Notes under the pieces: model-generated
The model's input: only the letters and a program-made list of their open reading frames with translations
What the model was told of the DNA's origin: nothing
The model's database searches: none
Part shown: piece by piece, positions 7,336 to 16,518 of the stretch
How the letters are laid out: every line of letters starts with the position of its first letter
How positions within the stretch are numbered: the stretch's first letter is position 1
Source of the DNA: an uncultured Ruminococcus sp.
Lineage (GTDB): Bacteria; Bacillota; Clostridia; Oscillospirales; CAG-272
Assembly: GCA_900551005.1 (NCBI GenBank)
Contig: URUL01000001.1
Coordinates: 246-64,245 of the forward strand
DNA: 64,000 bases
Direction: 5' to 3'
Translations under genes and position numbers: made by a program

Positions 7336-7412
7336 TGGTGGGCCTTTAGGGACTCGAACCCCAGACCAACCGGTTATGAGCCGGTTGCTCTAACCAACTG
7401 AGCTAAAGGCCC
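7336..7412 (-). tRNA. tRNA with CAT anticodon (elongator Met or lysidine-modified Ile2), CCA end encoded
   Basis: Reverse complement: GGGCCTT-TA-GCTC-AGTTGGTTA-GAGC-A-ACCGG-CTCATAA-CCGGT-TGGTC-TGGGG-TTCGAGT-CCCTA-AAGGCCC-A-CCA. It is not an initiator: there is no C1:A72 mismatch and no triple G-C in the anticodon stem. Its overall look resembles tRNA-Ile2(CAU), but Met and Ile2 cannot be separated by eye. Confidence 0.85.
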
Positions 7413-7534
7413 GTAATTGGCAACGGCTTTCTGAGACCGCTCTGCTATTTTACCATGGCTCGCCGCTTTTGTCAATAACTTTTATAAAATTTATAAAGTT
7501 TTTTTGCCATGATGCCAAAAAGGCGTTTGCCGCT

Positions 7535-8134
7535 TTATTTGATTTCGCGTCTGCCGTCTATGGCGCGCATGAGCGTGACCTCATCGGCATATTCTATGCT
7601 TGCACCTACGGGGACACCGTATGCCAAACGAGTCGTTTTGATTCCGAGAGGAGCGACGAGTTTGGAAATATACATCGCTGTTGTTTCCCCCTCGACATTC
7701 GGATTTGTCGCGAGGATCAATTCCTTTACATCGCCTTTGCCTATGCGCTCAAGCAACTCTTTTATGCGCAACTGATCAGGTCCTATTCCGTCCATCGGAG
7801 AGAGCGCGCCGCCGAGCACATGATACAACCCGTCATATTCCTTTACCTTTTCTATTGCCATGACGGTCTTGGCATCCTCGACAACACAGATGACGGATCT
7901 GTCGCGCCGTTCGTCCGAGCATATCGAGCATATGGGTGCATCGCAGAGATTGCCGCATATCTCGCAATTGTGTATATCATGCTTTGCCGAGAGCAGACAT
8001 TTTGCAAATTCATTGACATCAGCCTCGCTCATATCAAGAACAGAAAGCGCATATCGCACCGCGGTTTTATAGCCTACTCCCTTAAGCCTGCCGAATTGCT
8101 CTATCAACTTCTGCAAAGGCAAAATATAATCCAT
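7535..8134 (-). CDS. recR: Recombination protein RecR
   Basis: 199 aa. It has an HhH N-terminus (LKGVGYKTAVRYA), a C4 zinc finger (CEICGNLCDAPICSIC) and a Toprim segment (VICVVEDAKTVMAIE). Confidence 0.95.
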   Translation of the reverse strand: MDYILPLQKLIEQFGRLKGVGYKTAVRYALSVLDMSEADVNEFAKCLLSAKHDIHNCEICGNLCDAPICSICSDERRDRSVICVVEDAKTVMAIEKVKEYDGLYHVLGGALSPMDGIGPDQLRIKELLERIGKGDVKELILATNPNVEGETTAMYISKLVAPLGIKTTRLAYGVPVGASIEYADEVTLMRAIDGRREIK

Positions 8135-8167
8135 GATTTCCTCCGAAAGACCCTATGCGGGAATTTA

Positions 8168-8518
8168 TCAGAAAAGACCGGGCATGCCACCGAGCCCGCC
8201 GAATGCTCCCGTTACCTTTTCCATTTCAGAATTTGCGGTATCTTCCACGCGCTTGATAGCCTCATTCACGCCTGCCACCAGTATATCGGAAAGCGTTTCC
8301 ATGTCATCGGGATCGACTATCTCCGGGTCTATTTTTATGGAAAGTATCTCTTTCCTTCCGTTTATTTTTATCTGAACGACGCCGCCACCCGCGGAAATAT
8401 CATATTCGCGTGTTTCAAGCTCCGCCTGCAATGCAGCCATATCCTCCTGCATTTTCTGCGCCTGCTTGAGCATCTGATTCATAGACGGTCCGCCGCCCCC
8501 GGGTACTCTTGCTTTCAT
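8168..8518 (-). CDS. ybaB: Nucleoid-associated protein YbaB/EbfC
   Basis: 116 aa with MLKQAQKMQEDMAALQAELE...GGGVVQIKINGRKEILSIKIDPE, the typical YbaB pattern. It sits in the conserved dnaX-ybaB-recR order. Confidence 0.9.
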   Translation of the reverse strand: MKARVPGGGGPSMNQMLKQAQKMQEDMAALQAELETREYDISAGGGVVQIKINGRKEILSIKIDPEIVDPDDMETLSDILVAGVNEAIKRVEDTANSEMEKVTGAFGGLGGMPGLF

Positions 8519-10137
8519 ATCGATTCTTCCTTTCCGAATTCTTCAAATTTTTTTATCAGTTCTTCCATCGGCTCGCCGAGCATATCTTCCGCTTTTTCCT
8601 GCTCTACGCAAAGTATTTTTTCCACGTGATATGTTTTTCCCGTTACTTCCTGTATCACGGCGCCGATATCACTCTTGCGCTTATCATTCATCAAGCTGAT
8701 GCCGAACGGCTTATCAAAAACAATGTACAGATATCCGTCGCCTTCAAGAGCTGCGGACCCGCGTATAAACGAACCGAGAGCCATATCGACTGAGGCTATA
8801 CGCTTTACGACATCGCCCCAGCGGCGCAGGGGGACTTTGCCCGTAGCCGACGCGGGCGAAGGTGCAGAGATCTGCTCCGCTCCGTTTGCCTTGCTTGTCA
8901 TCCCGGCTGAGCTGTCTGCATCCGCTTTTGCCGCATGCGAGCCGTCTGAAACCGGCTTTTCGGCTGTCCGCACGGCGGCAGGCTCTGCTGCCTTGACAGG
9001 TGCTTCTCTTCTCTGCTGTATCCGAGCGACATTTTTTTGATCATGTGAAGCATCGCGTGCCTCCGCCATGACGGAATCGGGTTCGCATGCGCGTATCAGC
9101 GCCATCTCGGCATATATCTTTGCCGAGGCAGGTATTTTCTGCATATTGCTTTCCGCCTCTATAAACATATCCAGTATGCGGAATAGCGAAGCCGCATCAT
9201 AATATTCCGCATATCCGACAGCAGGCCTATCCTTGCCCGCCTTGCCGCGTGAACAGATATATACAAGCATATCGCGCAAAAAAGCGATAAGCTCGCGCCA
9301 GAAAACCGATATATCGCGCGATGAATTGTATATCTCATCGGTAATTTCGAGTGCCTTTGCCGCATCTCCCTCCGATATGGCAAGACATATCCTGCCGAGT
9401 AACTCGGATGAAGCCGCTCCAAGCATGGAGGAAGCGGATTCAAGCGTTATTTTGCCGCCCGTACCTGAGCAATATTCGAGCATATTCAAAGCATCGCGGA
9501 CAGCTCCCTGCGAAAGCCCGGCTATGAGCTTCAGCGCCTCGCCGTCTGCTTCTATTCCCTCGCCCGCGCAGACCTTTTCCATTCGCCTTACCATATCATC
9601 GGGCGAAACGCGGCGAAAATCAAACCGCTGGCATCTTGAGAGCACCGTCGCGGGAATTTTATGCAGTTCCGTAGTCGCCAGTATGAAAATAACATGCTCC
9701 GGCGGCTCCTCGAGCGTTTTCAGCAGTGCGTTGAAGGCGGAGATGGAGAGCATATGCACCTCGTCGATGATATAAACGCGATACTTCAGCTCCGCGGGCG
9801 TATATACCACGGCATCGCGGATATCTCGGATATCGTCTACGCCGTTGTTGCTCGCCGCATCCATTTCGATGACGTCGGTACAATTGCCGCTGTCGATACT
9901 GTGACAGGCGGCGCACTTGCCGCATGGGTCTCCATTCACCGGGGAAAGACAGTTTGCCGCCTTGGCTATGATCTTGGCACAGGTCGTCTTGCCTGTTCCG
10001 CGCGGCCCGCAGAAAAGATAAGCATGCGAAATCTTACCTGCCTGCACCTCGCTTTTCAGCACAGACGTTATGTGGTCCTGCCCGACGACATCCTCGAAAA
10101 CCGCGGGGCGCCATTTTCTGTAGAGCGCCTGATACAT
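8515..10137 (-). CDS. dnaX: DNA polymerase III subunits gamma/tau
   Basis: The homologous N-terminus MYQALYRKWRPAVFEDVVGQDH starts at the ATG at 10137, preceded by GGAGGGAAGG. It has Walker A GPRGTGKTT, a zinc module CLSPVNGDPCGKCAAC and the box IIDEVHMLS. The ORF-track start at 10269 would overlap the SRP RNA. Confidence 0.92.
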   Translation of the reverse strand: MYQALYRKWRPAVFEDVVGQDHITSVLKSEVQAGKISHAYLFCGPRGTGKTTCAKIIAKAANCLSPVNGDPCGKCAACHSIDSGNCTDVIEMDAASNNGVDDIRDIRDAVVYTPAELKYRVYIIDEVHMLSISAFNALLKTLEEPPEHVIFILATTELHKIPATVLSRCQRFDFRRVSPDDMVRRMEKVCAGEGIEADGEALKLIAGLSQGAVRDALNMLEYCSGTGGKITLESASSMLGAASSELLGRICLAISEGDAAKALEITDEIYNSSRDISVFWRELIAFLRDMLVYICSRGKAGKDRPAVGYAEYYDAASLFRILDMFIEAESNMQKIPASAKIYAEMALIRACEPDSVMAEARDASHDQKNVARIQQRREAPVKAAEPAAVRTAEKPVSDGSHAAKADADSSAGMTSKANGAEQISAPSPASATGKVPLRRWGDVVKRIASVDMALGSFIRGSAALEGDGYLYIVFDKPFGISLMNDKRKSDIGAVIQEVTGKTYHVEKILCVEQEKAEDMLGEPMEELIKKFEEFGKEESI

Positions 10138-10178
10138 GTTCCTTCCCTCCCGAATAAATGCAAAGCGAGATATAAAAA

Positions 10179-10454
10179 CAGACCATACACCGAAAACTCG
10201 AAATGAACTTCCATGCGCTTTCCGCAGTCTCCGCTCGGAGCAGGCAACCCCACGGCACACCGGTGGCACTGCTTAATGCTGCTTGATTCCTCACCTGACA
10301 TGATTCACAGCTACCGATTGCGCGGGACCCACCCGTCATCGCGAAGATTATGCGGTGCAGACCACACAAATCCACCCCTCATAATCGGAAACCATCCCTG
10401 CTGTAGCGGATTGCAGGTACAGGGCACCGCTAATTCCCCGACCGGTATGGTCTG
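10179..10454 (-). ncRNA. ffs: Signal recognition particle RNA, large (Bacillus/Clostridium-type, with Alu domain)
   Basis: The minus strand reads ...GGGGAATTAGCGGTGCCCTGTACCTGCAATCCGCTACAGCAGGG (Alu domain) ... GGGTCCCGCGCAATCGGTAGCTGTGAATCATGTCAGGTGAGGAATCAAGCAGCATTAAGCAGTGCCACCGGTGTGCCGTGGGGTTGCCTGCTCCGAGCGGAG. This matches the conserved helix 8 GTCAGGTnnGGAAnnAAGCAGC pattern. The 5' CAGACCATACCGG pairs with the 3' CGGTGTATGGTCTG, followed by TTTTT. The position upstream of dnaX is canonical. The ends are accurate to about +/-5 nt. Confidence 0.9.
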
Positions 10455-10475
10455 ATTTTATATCTCGCTTTGTTT

Positions 10476-10504
10476 ATTATAGCAGAAAAGATCGCCTTTT
10501 GCAA
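10476..10504 (-). promoter_or_regulatory. Sigma-70-type promoter for the SRP RNA
   Basis: On the minus strand, TTGCAA (10504-10499), a 17-nt spacer, then TATAAT (10481-10476), ~20 nt upstream of the inferred RNA 5' end. Confidence 0.5.
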
Positions 10505-10567
10505 TACCAAATTCAAACTTATGAAAATTTTTTTGACATATACACATAAATTTAAGAAAAAAAGTTG

Positions 10568-10596
10568 TTGACAACAGCTGATTGCCGTATTATAAT
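10568..10596 (+). promoter_or_regulatory. Sigma-70-type promoter for the ileS leader
   Basis: TTGACA (10568-10573), a 17-nt spacer, then TATAAT (10591-10596). Confidence 0.6.
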
Positions 10597-10603
10597 ATAT
10601 AAT

Positions 10604-10858
10604 GTTATATACCTGCAAATACGCTGATGGAGAGAGTAGCATCCGCGGGAAAGCACAAAGCGAGCCGAAGACGGTGAGAGTTCGGTTGCAAGTAGCCCTA
10701 TGTGAAGATCACTCCGGAGTATCGCGGCAGAAAGGAGCTTTTCCGATTAAGCCTGCGACGGCATCCCACCGTAATACGGGAAGCATATGCCTTTGTATGC
10801 GAACGGGTGGTTAAGCGACGCCTATGGCGCCGTCCCGATTGCGGACGGTGCCTTTTTT
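10604..10858 (+). promoter_or_regulatory. T-box riboswitch leader with an Ile (AUC) specifier, ending in an intrinsic terminator
   Basis: Stem I elements: TGATGGAGAGAGTA (K-turn/AGAGA region) and a GGTGAGAG distal motif. The specifier-loop context is GTGAAG-ATC-A (ATC at 10708-10710). The T-box-like sequence is AACGGGTGGTTAAGCG (10802-10817). The terminator is GGCGCCGTCC...GGACGGTGCC followed by TTTTTT (10826-10858). It lies directly upstream of ileS. Confidence 0.75.
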
Positions 10859-10904
10859 GATTTTGCGATAAAAAAAGAAAAATATATTCGGGAGGAAAAA
10901 TTTC

Positions 10905-13900
10905 ATGTACGAAAAAGTGCCCGCGAATCTGAATTTCGTGGAGAGAGAAAAAAAGATCGAGCAGTTCTGGCGCGATAATAAGATATTCGAAAAGAGTATC
11001 GAGGCGCGCGAGGGCTGTCCGGATTATACATTCTATGACGGACCCCCTACGGCAAACGGAAAGCCGCATATAGGGCACGTTCTCACGCGCGTCATCAAGG
11101 ATATGATTCCCCGCTATCAGACCATGAAGGGGAAAAAGGTTCTGCGCAAGGCAGGCTGGGATACGCACGGACTGCCGGTTGAGCTTGAGGTGGAAAAGTT
11201 GCTCGGGCTCGACGGCAAGGACCAGATAGAAAAATACGGCATAGAGCCCTTCATCAAGAAATGCCGCGAGAGCGTATGGAAATACAAAGGTATGTGGGAG
11301 GATTTCTCCGGCAAAGTGGGCTTCTGGGCCGATATGGAGCATCCCTACATCACCTATACGGATGAATATATCGAATCCGAATGGTGGGCACTTCGTCAGA
11401 TCTGGGACAAAGGTCTGCTCTATAAGGGCTTTAAGATCGTCCCCTATTGTCCCCGCTGCGGTACGCCCCTTTCCAGCGCCGAGGTGGCACAGGGCTAAAA
11501 GGACGTAAAGGCACGCTCCGCCGTCGTCCGTTTCAAGGTCGTCGGAGAGGATGCCTATTTCCTCGCATGGACGACAACGCCGTGGACACTTCCGTCAAAC
11601 GTTGCGCTCTGCGTAAATCCGAATGAGACATACGCCAAGGTAAAGGCGGCAGACGGCTGCACATATTACATGGCAAAAGCTCTGCTTGACACGGTTCTCG
11701 GCAAGCTCGGCCAAGAAGGCTCTCCCGCCTATGAGATTCTCGCGGAATACAGCGGCAGGGAGCTTGAATACAGGGAATACGAACCGCTCTTTGACTTTGC
11801 ACTCGATATCATAGCAAAGCAGGGCAAAAAGGCATACTTCGTCACATGCGACACTTATGTAACTCTCACCGACGGTACCGGTATCGTTCATATCGCTCCC
11901 GCCTTCGGTGAAGATGACGCGAGAGTCGGTAAAGAATATGATCTTCCCTTCGTTCAGCTTGTGGACGGCAAGGGAGAGATGACGAAGGAGACCTCCTATG
12001 CGGGCTTATTCGTCAAGAAAGCCGACCCGCTCGTTCTCAAAGATCTCGAAAAGAAGGGGCTGCTCTTTGACGCGCCGAAGTTTGAGCACAGCTATCCGCA
12101 CTGCTGGAGATGCGATACTCCGCTTATCTACTATGCGAGAGAATCATGGTATATCCGTGAAAGCGCCGTCAAGGAGGATCTGCTCCGCAATAACGCCACG
12201 ATCAACTGGATACCCGAATCCATAGGCACGGGCAGATTCGGAAACTGGCTGGAAAACATTCAGGACTGGGCTATCTCGCGTAACCGCTACTGGGGCGCAC
12301 CACTCAATATATGGGAATGCGATTGCGGTCACCGTCACTGCGTCGGCAGCCGTGAAGAGCTATATGAGATGAGCGGTGACGAACGCGCAAAGACAGTTGA
12401 GCTGCACCGCCCGTATATCGACGGAATAACGATCAAATGTCCGAAATGCGGCAAGCCGATGAAGCGCGTACCCGAGGTTCTCGACTGCTGGTTTGACTCG
12501 GGAGCGATGCCCTTCGCGCAGTATCACTATCCTTTTGAAAACAAGGAGCTCTTCCTGAGCCACTTCCCCGCTCAGTTCATTTCCGAAGCGGTGGACCAAA
12601 CCCGCGGCTGGTTCCATTCTCTTCTCGCCGTTTCGACGCTCGTTTTCAATAAAGCGCCTTATGAAAACGTCATCGTTCTCGGACATGTTCAGGATGAAAA
12701 CGGTCAGAAGATGTCAAAATCCAAGGGCAATGCAGTGGATCCCTTCGATGCGCTTGCAAAGCACGGTGCCGATGCCATACGCTGGTATTTCTATTCCAAC
12801 AGCGCTCCGTGGCTCCCGAATAAATTCCATGACGCGGCTGTTACCGAGGGTCAGCGCAAATTCATGGGCACGCTTTGGAATACCTATGCTTTCTTTGTCC
12901 TCTATGCAAATATCGACGATTTCGATGCGACGAAGTATACGCTTGATTATGACAAGCTTTCCGTCATGGACAAATGGGTGCTCTCAAAGCTGAATTCGCT
13001 CATACAAGAAGTTGACGGCGACCTCGAAAATTACCGCATAACGGAAACGGCGCGCGCCCTCTCGGATTTTGCGGATCAGCTCTCGAATTGGTACGTCCGC
13101 CGCTCGCGTGAGCGCTTCTGGGTAAGCGATATGACCGAGGACAAAATAAACGCCTATATGACGCTTTACACGGTCCTCGTAACATTCTGCAAGCTCGCCG
13201 CTCCGATGATTCCGTTCATGACGGAGGATATATATCAGAATCTCGTCCGCAGTATAGACAAGACCGCGCCCGAGAGCATCCATCTCTGCGATTTTCCCGT
13301 GGCAAATGAAGCATATATCGACTCCGAGCTGGAAGAGAGAATGGATGAGGTACTCGACATCGTCGTTCTCGGCAGAGCATGCAGAAACAGCGCCTCCATC
13401 AAAAACCGCCAGCCGATAGGTGCCATGTATGTCAAGGCGGAAAAGGAGCTTCCCGAATATTTCGTCTGCGTGATCGCAGATGAGCTCAATGTCAAGAAGG
13501 TCGAATTTGTTTCCGACGCGGCCTCCTTCACAAGCTATTCGTTCAAGCCCCAGCTTCGCACGGTAGGTCCGAGATACGGCAAATATCTCGGCAAAATCAG
13601 AACAATGCTCGCGGAGATAGACGGAAATGCCGCCATGAATGAGCTTAAACAAACGGGCAAGCTGAAGCTTGATCTCGGAGATACGACTGCCGAGCTGTCC
13701 GAAGACGACCTGCTTATAGAATCCGCTCAGATACCGGGCTTTGAGGCTCTCTCGGATAACAATGTTACCGTCGCTCTCGATACGAATCTCACGCCGGAGC
13801 TGATAGAAGAAGGCTTTGTACGCGAGATAGTAAGCAAGATCCAGACCATGCGCAAAGATTCCGGTTTTGAGGTAATGGATAATATCAATATCTATTGCTC

Positions 13901-14063
13901 CGGCAATGAGAAGATAGCCGGAATCATCGAGCGCAATGCGGACTTCATAAAGAGCGAGACGCTTGCAAAGGATATCGTATTCGGAAGCGAAACACATTTT
14001 TCAAAGAACTGGAATATCAACGGCGAAGATGTGATCCTCGGCGTTGAAAAAATAAATAAATAG
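10905..14063 (+). pseudogene. ileS: Isoleucine--tRNA ligase (type 2), single reading frame interrupted by an in-frame TAA at 11496-11498
   Basis: ORFs 10905..11498 and 11670..14063 are in the same frame, and the intervening 11499-11669 is open and homologous (KDVKARSAVVRFKVVGEDAYFLAWTTTPWTLPSNVALCVNPNETYAKV). It has the HIGH motif (PHIGH) and KMSKS (GQKMSKSKGN). The stop replaces the residue in the conserved ...EVAQG-Y-KDV... context. As written the gene is broken, but a sequencing error is possible. Confidence 0.9.
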
Positions 14064-14089
14064 ATAAATAACTTCAGGAGTGAAAGATC

Positions 14090-14626
14090 ATGGGAAAGAA
14101 CAAATCTACTTTTTGGGCAGACTTCAAAAAGTTCATCACACGCGGCAATGTACTCGATATGGCTGTCGGCGTTGTAGTCGGCGGTGCTTTCGGCAAGATA
14201 ACGACAGGTCTTGTAAATTACATTATCAATCCTTTCGTCGGTCTTTTTCTGAAAAGCGGCAGTCTTGACGGCGTCAAGACCGTCATCACACCGGCGGTAG
14301 TAAACGCAGAGGGTGTTGTCACGACGCCTGAGGTTGCCATTCTCTGGGGTGCATGGTTTCAGACGATAATTGATTTTCTGATCATCGCGCTCTGCATCTT
14401 TACCGTGCTTCGCGTCATCATGAGAGTCAAAAATACGCTCAATGAAAAAGAGATAAAAGCCGCCGAAGAGAAAGCCGCAAAGGAAAAGGCAGACGCCGAA
14501 GCGGCGAAAGCGGCGGCAGAAGCTGCAGCGGCGCAGAAGGAAGCCGAAGAGCAGAAGCTGAAAGCCGATGTCGCACGTCAGGCGGAGCTTCTCGAAAGAC
14601 TTTGTGAAATAATGGAAAAGAAGTAA
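14090..14626 (+). CDS. mscL: Large-conductance mechanosensitive channel MscL with a long Ala/Glu/Lys-rich C-terminal extension
   Basis: The N-terminus FKKFITRGNVLDMAVGVVVGGAFGKITTGLVNYIINP is the MscL signature. A second TM segment follows, then a ~60-aa AEEKAAKEKADAEAAKAAAEAAAAQKEAEEQKLK tail. Confidence 0.9.
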   Translation: MGKNKSTFWADFKKFITRGNVLDMAVGVVVGGAFGKITTGLVNYIINPFVGLFLKSGSLDGVKTVITPAVVNAEGVVTTPEVAILWGAWFQTIIDFLIIALCIFTVLRVIMRVKNTLNEKEIKAAEEKAAKEKADAEAAKAAAEAAAAQKEAEEQKLKADVARQAELLERLCEIMEKK

Positions 14627-14656
14627 ATATTTCCTGAAAAAACAGGCATTCGAAAA

Positions 14657-14682
14657 AGCGTCTTTGCAAAAAGGCGCTTTTT
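14657..14682 (+). terminator. Rho-independent terminator after mscL
   Basis: AGCGTCTTT-GCAA-AAAGGCGCT hairpin followed by TTTTT. Confidence 0.6.
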
Positions 14683-14818
14683 ATCTGCTTTTTAGCCAAA
14701 AACAGCCGTTGAAATTTGTCATATATACTATTGATTTTACGACTGATATAATGTATAATTAGATAAAATATTGTCATAAAGAGCAATATTTTTGCGAAAA
14801 GAAAAGGGGGAAATCTTT

Positions 14819-16429
14819 ATGAAAAAAGCACTGTCTCTCTTCCTTGCGGCAGCGATGCTGGTACTTGTACTGCTTCTTGCCGCATGCGGAGGACAACCGG
14901 AAACAACGACAACAATAACAACAAGCACAAATTCTACAGAAACCACCTCTTCCTTCGACGGCACGACTGCCTCTAAGGAAGATACAGGCACATCCGGCGG
15001 CACAACAGCGACCTCAACGTCAGCTTCCGGAACAACTGCATCCGGCGGCTCTGCAGAGCTGACCGGTAAGGAAAAGCATCCCGACTTCATGGATGTAAAC
15101 TTCGGAGGAAAGACCTTCAACTTTGTTACGCAAAAAGGCTGGAGCGGCGGCTGGGACACATATGAGATATGCGCGGAAGCCACCGGACAAGACGATCTTA
15201 TCACGGAAGCCGTAATAAGCAGAAATTCCGTAGTTGAAGACCTCTACAACTGCAAGATAAGCGAAACCAAAAGCGATGACCCTCTGAACCTTGTGAACAA
15301 CGATATTGCTCTCGGTACCAATAATTACGATTTTGTCATGAGACTCGTTTATATTGTCCCTTCCTCATGCATGAATATCGCAAATCTTGATATAGATCTC
15401 AGCCACAGCTGGTGGAATCAGGATTATATCGATGCCTTCAGCTTCGATTACAACGGCAAAAAGGTACTTCACTCGATTTCGGGCAAATTCAATCTCATTA
15501 TGTACGATTCAATAAACACGCTCTTCGTGGATATGGACGTATATGACCGCGCCATTGCTTCCGGCAAGACAAATATCGACCTTTATCAGACCGTCAAGGA
15601 CGGAAAATGGACAGTTGAAAAAATGCTTGAGCTCATGGATGCGGCGAAAGTCGATGTAAACGGCGACTCTCAGCTGAATTTTGATGACGGCGATATCTTC
15701 GGATTCCTTGCACATAAAAATTCCCACTCCGAATCTGCATTCTTCTATTCAACGGGAATCAAGACCGTTATGAAGGATGACAACAACCAGTATGTCAGCA
15801 TCAATGCTTCCAATACCGACATGGCTTATGTAAGCAAGGTTATAGATGAAGCAGCCAAAGTATATCAAAGCCCTGGTTTCGGCTCTATAGGTGAGCTCAA
15901 CAGCGTAAAGGCACTGGCAAACGGTCAGTCGCTCTTCAGCGCGCAGTGGATGATAAGACTTCATTCCAACCACGAATTTGTAAACTACGGCATAGATTTC
16001 AGCGAAAAGCGCATCTCTGTCGTTCCCTATCCGAAATTTGATGAGAATCAGGAGGATTATCATTCCTACATCTTCAGCCGCGGCTATGGACTTCAGGTTT
16101 CCAAGGCTATCACCGACCATGCGGCGGCAGCTCAGTTCCTCGAGGTATTCGGTTATCACTCCGAAAAGCTTCTCTACCCCGAATATATCAAGTGCATCAA
16201 GACCCAGTGCCTCTGCGATGAAGGCGCGGGCGAAATGCTTGAGATTGTTCTCCAATCCGCCTTTGTTGATTACGGTCACTACAATCCAGATGTCGGCATA
16301 ATGGGACGCATAAGCAGCATGATTTCAAGCGGCAAAAACAATATCTCCAAGGCTATCTCCTCCGCAAGTCAGGCGGCAGATGGTGTTCTTGCCACATATA
16401 TGCAGGATTCCTACGATAGGATGAACTGA
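14819..16429 (+). CDS. Lipoprotein, extracellular solute-binding-protein-like (paralog 1 of 3)
   Basis: Signal peptide plus lipobox MKKALSLFLAAAMLVLVLLLAAC-GG, a Thr/Ser-rich linker, then a ~430-aa domain. Its pattern (FGGKTFNF..W..YEI.AEATG.D.ITEA...RNSVVE.LYNCKI ... DLYQTVKDGKWT) resembles the large family-1-type ABC substrate-binding lipoproteins of Clostridia. Start set at the ATG at 14819 after GGGGGA. Confidence 0.85.
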   Translation: MKKALSLFLAAAMLVLVLLLAACGGQPETTTTITTSTNSTETTSSFDGTTASKEDTGTSGGTTATSTSASGTTASGGSAELTGKEKHPDFMDVNFGGKTFNFVTQKGWSGGWDTYEICAEATGQDDLITEAVISRNSVVEDLYNCKISETKSDDPLNLVNNDIALGTNNYDFVMRLVYIVPSSCMNIANLDIDLSHSWWNQDYIDAFSFDYNGKKVLHSISGKFNLIMYDSINTLFVDMDVYDRAIASGKTNIDLYQTVKDGKWTVEKMLELMDAAKVDVNGDSQLNFDDGDIFGFLAHKNSHSESAFFYSTGIKTVMKDDNNQYVSINASNTDMAYVSKVIDEAAKVYQSPGFGSIGELNSVKALANGQSLFSAQWMIRLHSNHEFVNYGIDFSEKRISVVPYPKFDENQEDYHSYIFSRGYGLQVSKAITDHAAAAQFLEVFGYHSEKLLYPEYIKCIKTQCLCDEGAGEMLEIVLQSAFVDYGHYNPDVGIMGRISSMISSGKNNISKAISSASQAADGVLATYMQDSYDRMN

Positions 16430-16518
16430 TTTTTTCTAATCACGCCCCCACAAACATCCGAAAATATTTTGATTTTTTCAAAGTATTTAAATATATATTA
16501 TAAAAGGGAGAAACCACT

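Noticed and set aside
7469-8629. 386-aa plus-strand ORF
   Set aside because: It lies entirely antisense to recR and ybaB, which have unmistakable family motifs. Its translation is low-complexity (Phe/Ile/Cys/His-rich) with no RBS or recognisable domain. It is a shadow ORF.
10034-10455. Several 70-113-aa ORFs on both strands (10034..10375, 10068..10301, 10213..10455)
   Set aside because: They overlap the large SRP RNA, whose conserved helix 8 and Alu-domain sequences are readable on the minus strand. They are not protein-coding.
10698-13997. Long minus-strand ORFs of 214 aa (10698..11342) and 337 aa (12984..13997)
   Set aside because: They are antisense to ileS, with no motifs and no RBS. 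They are typical shadow ORFs opposite a highly expressed gene.
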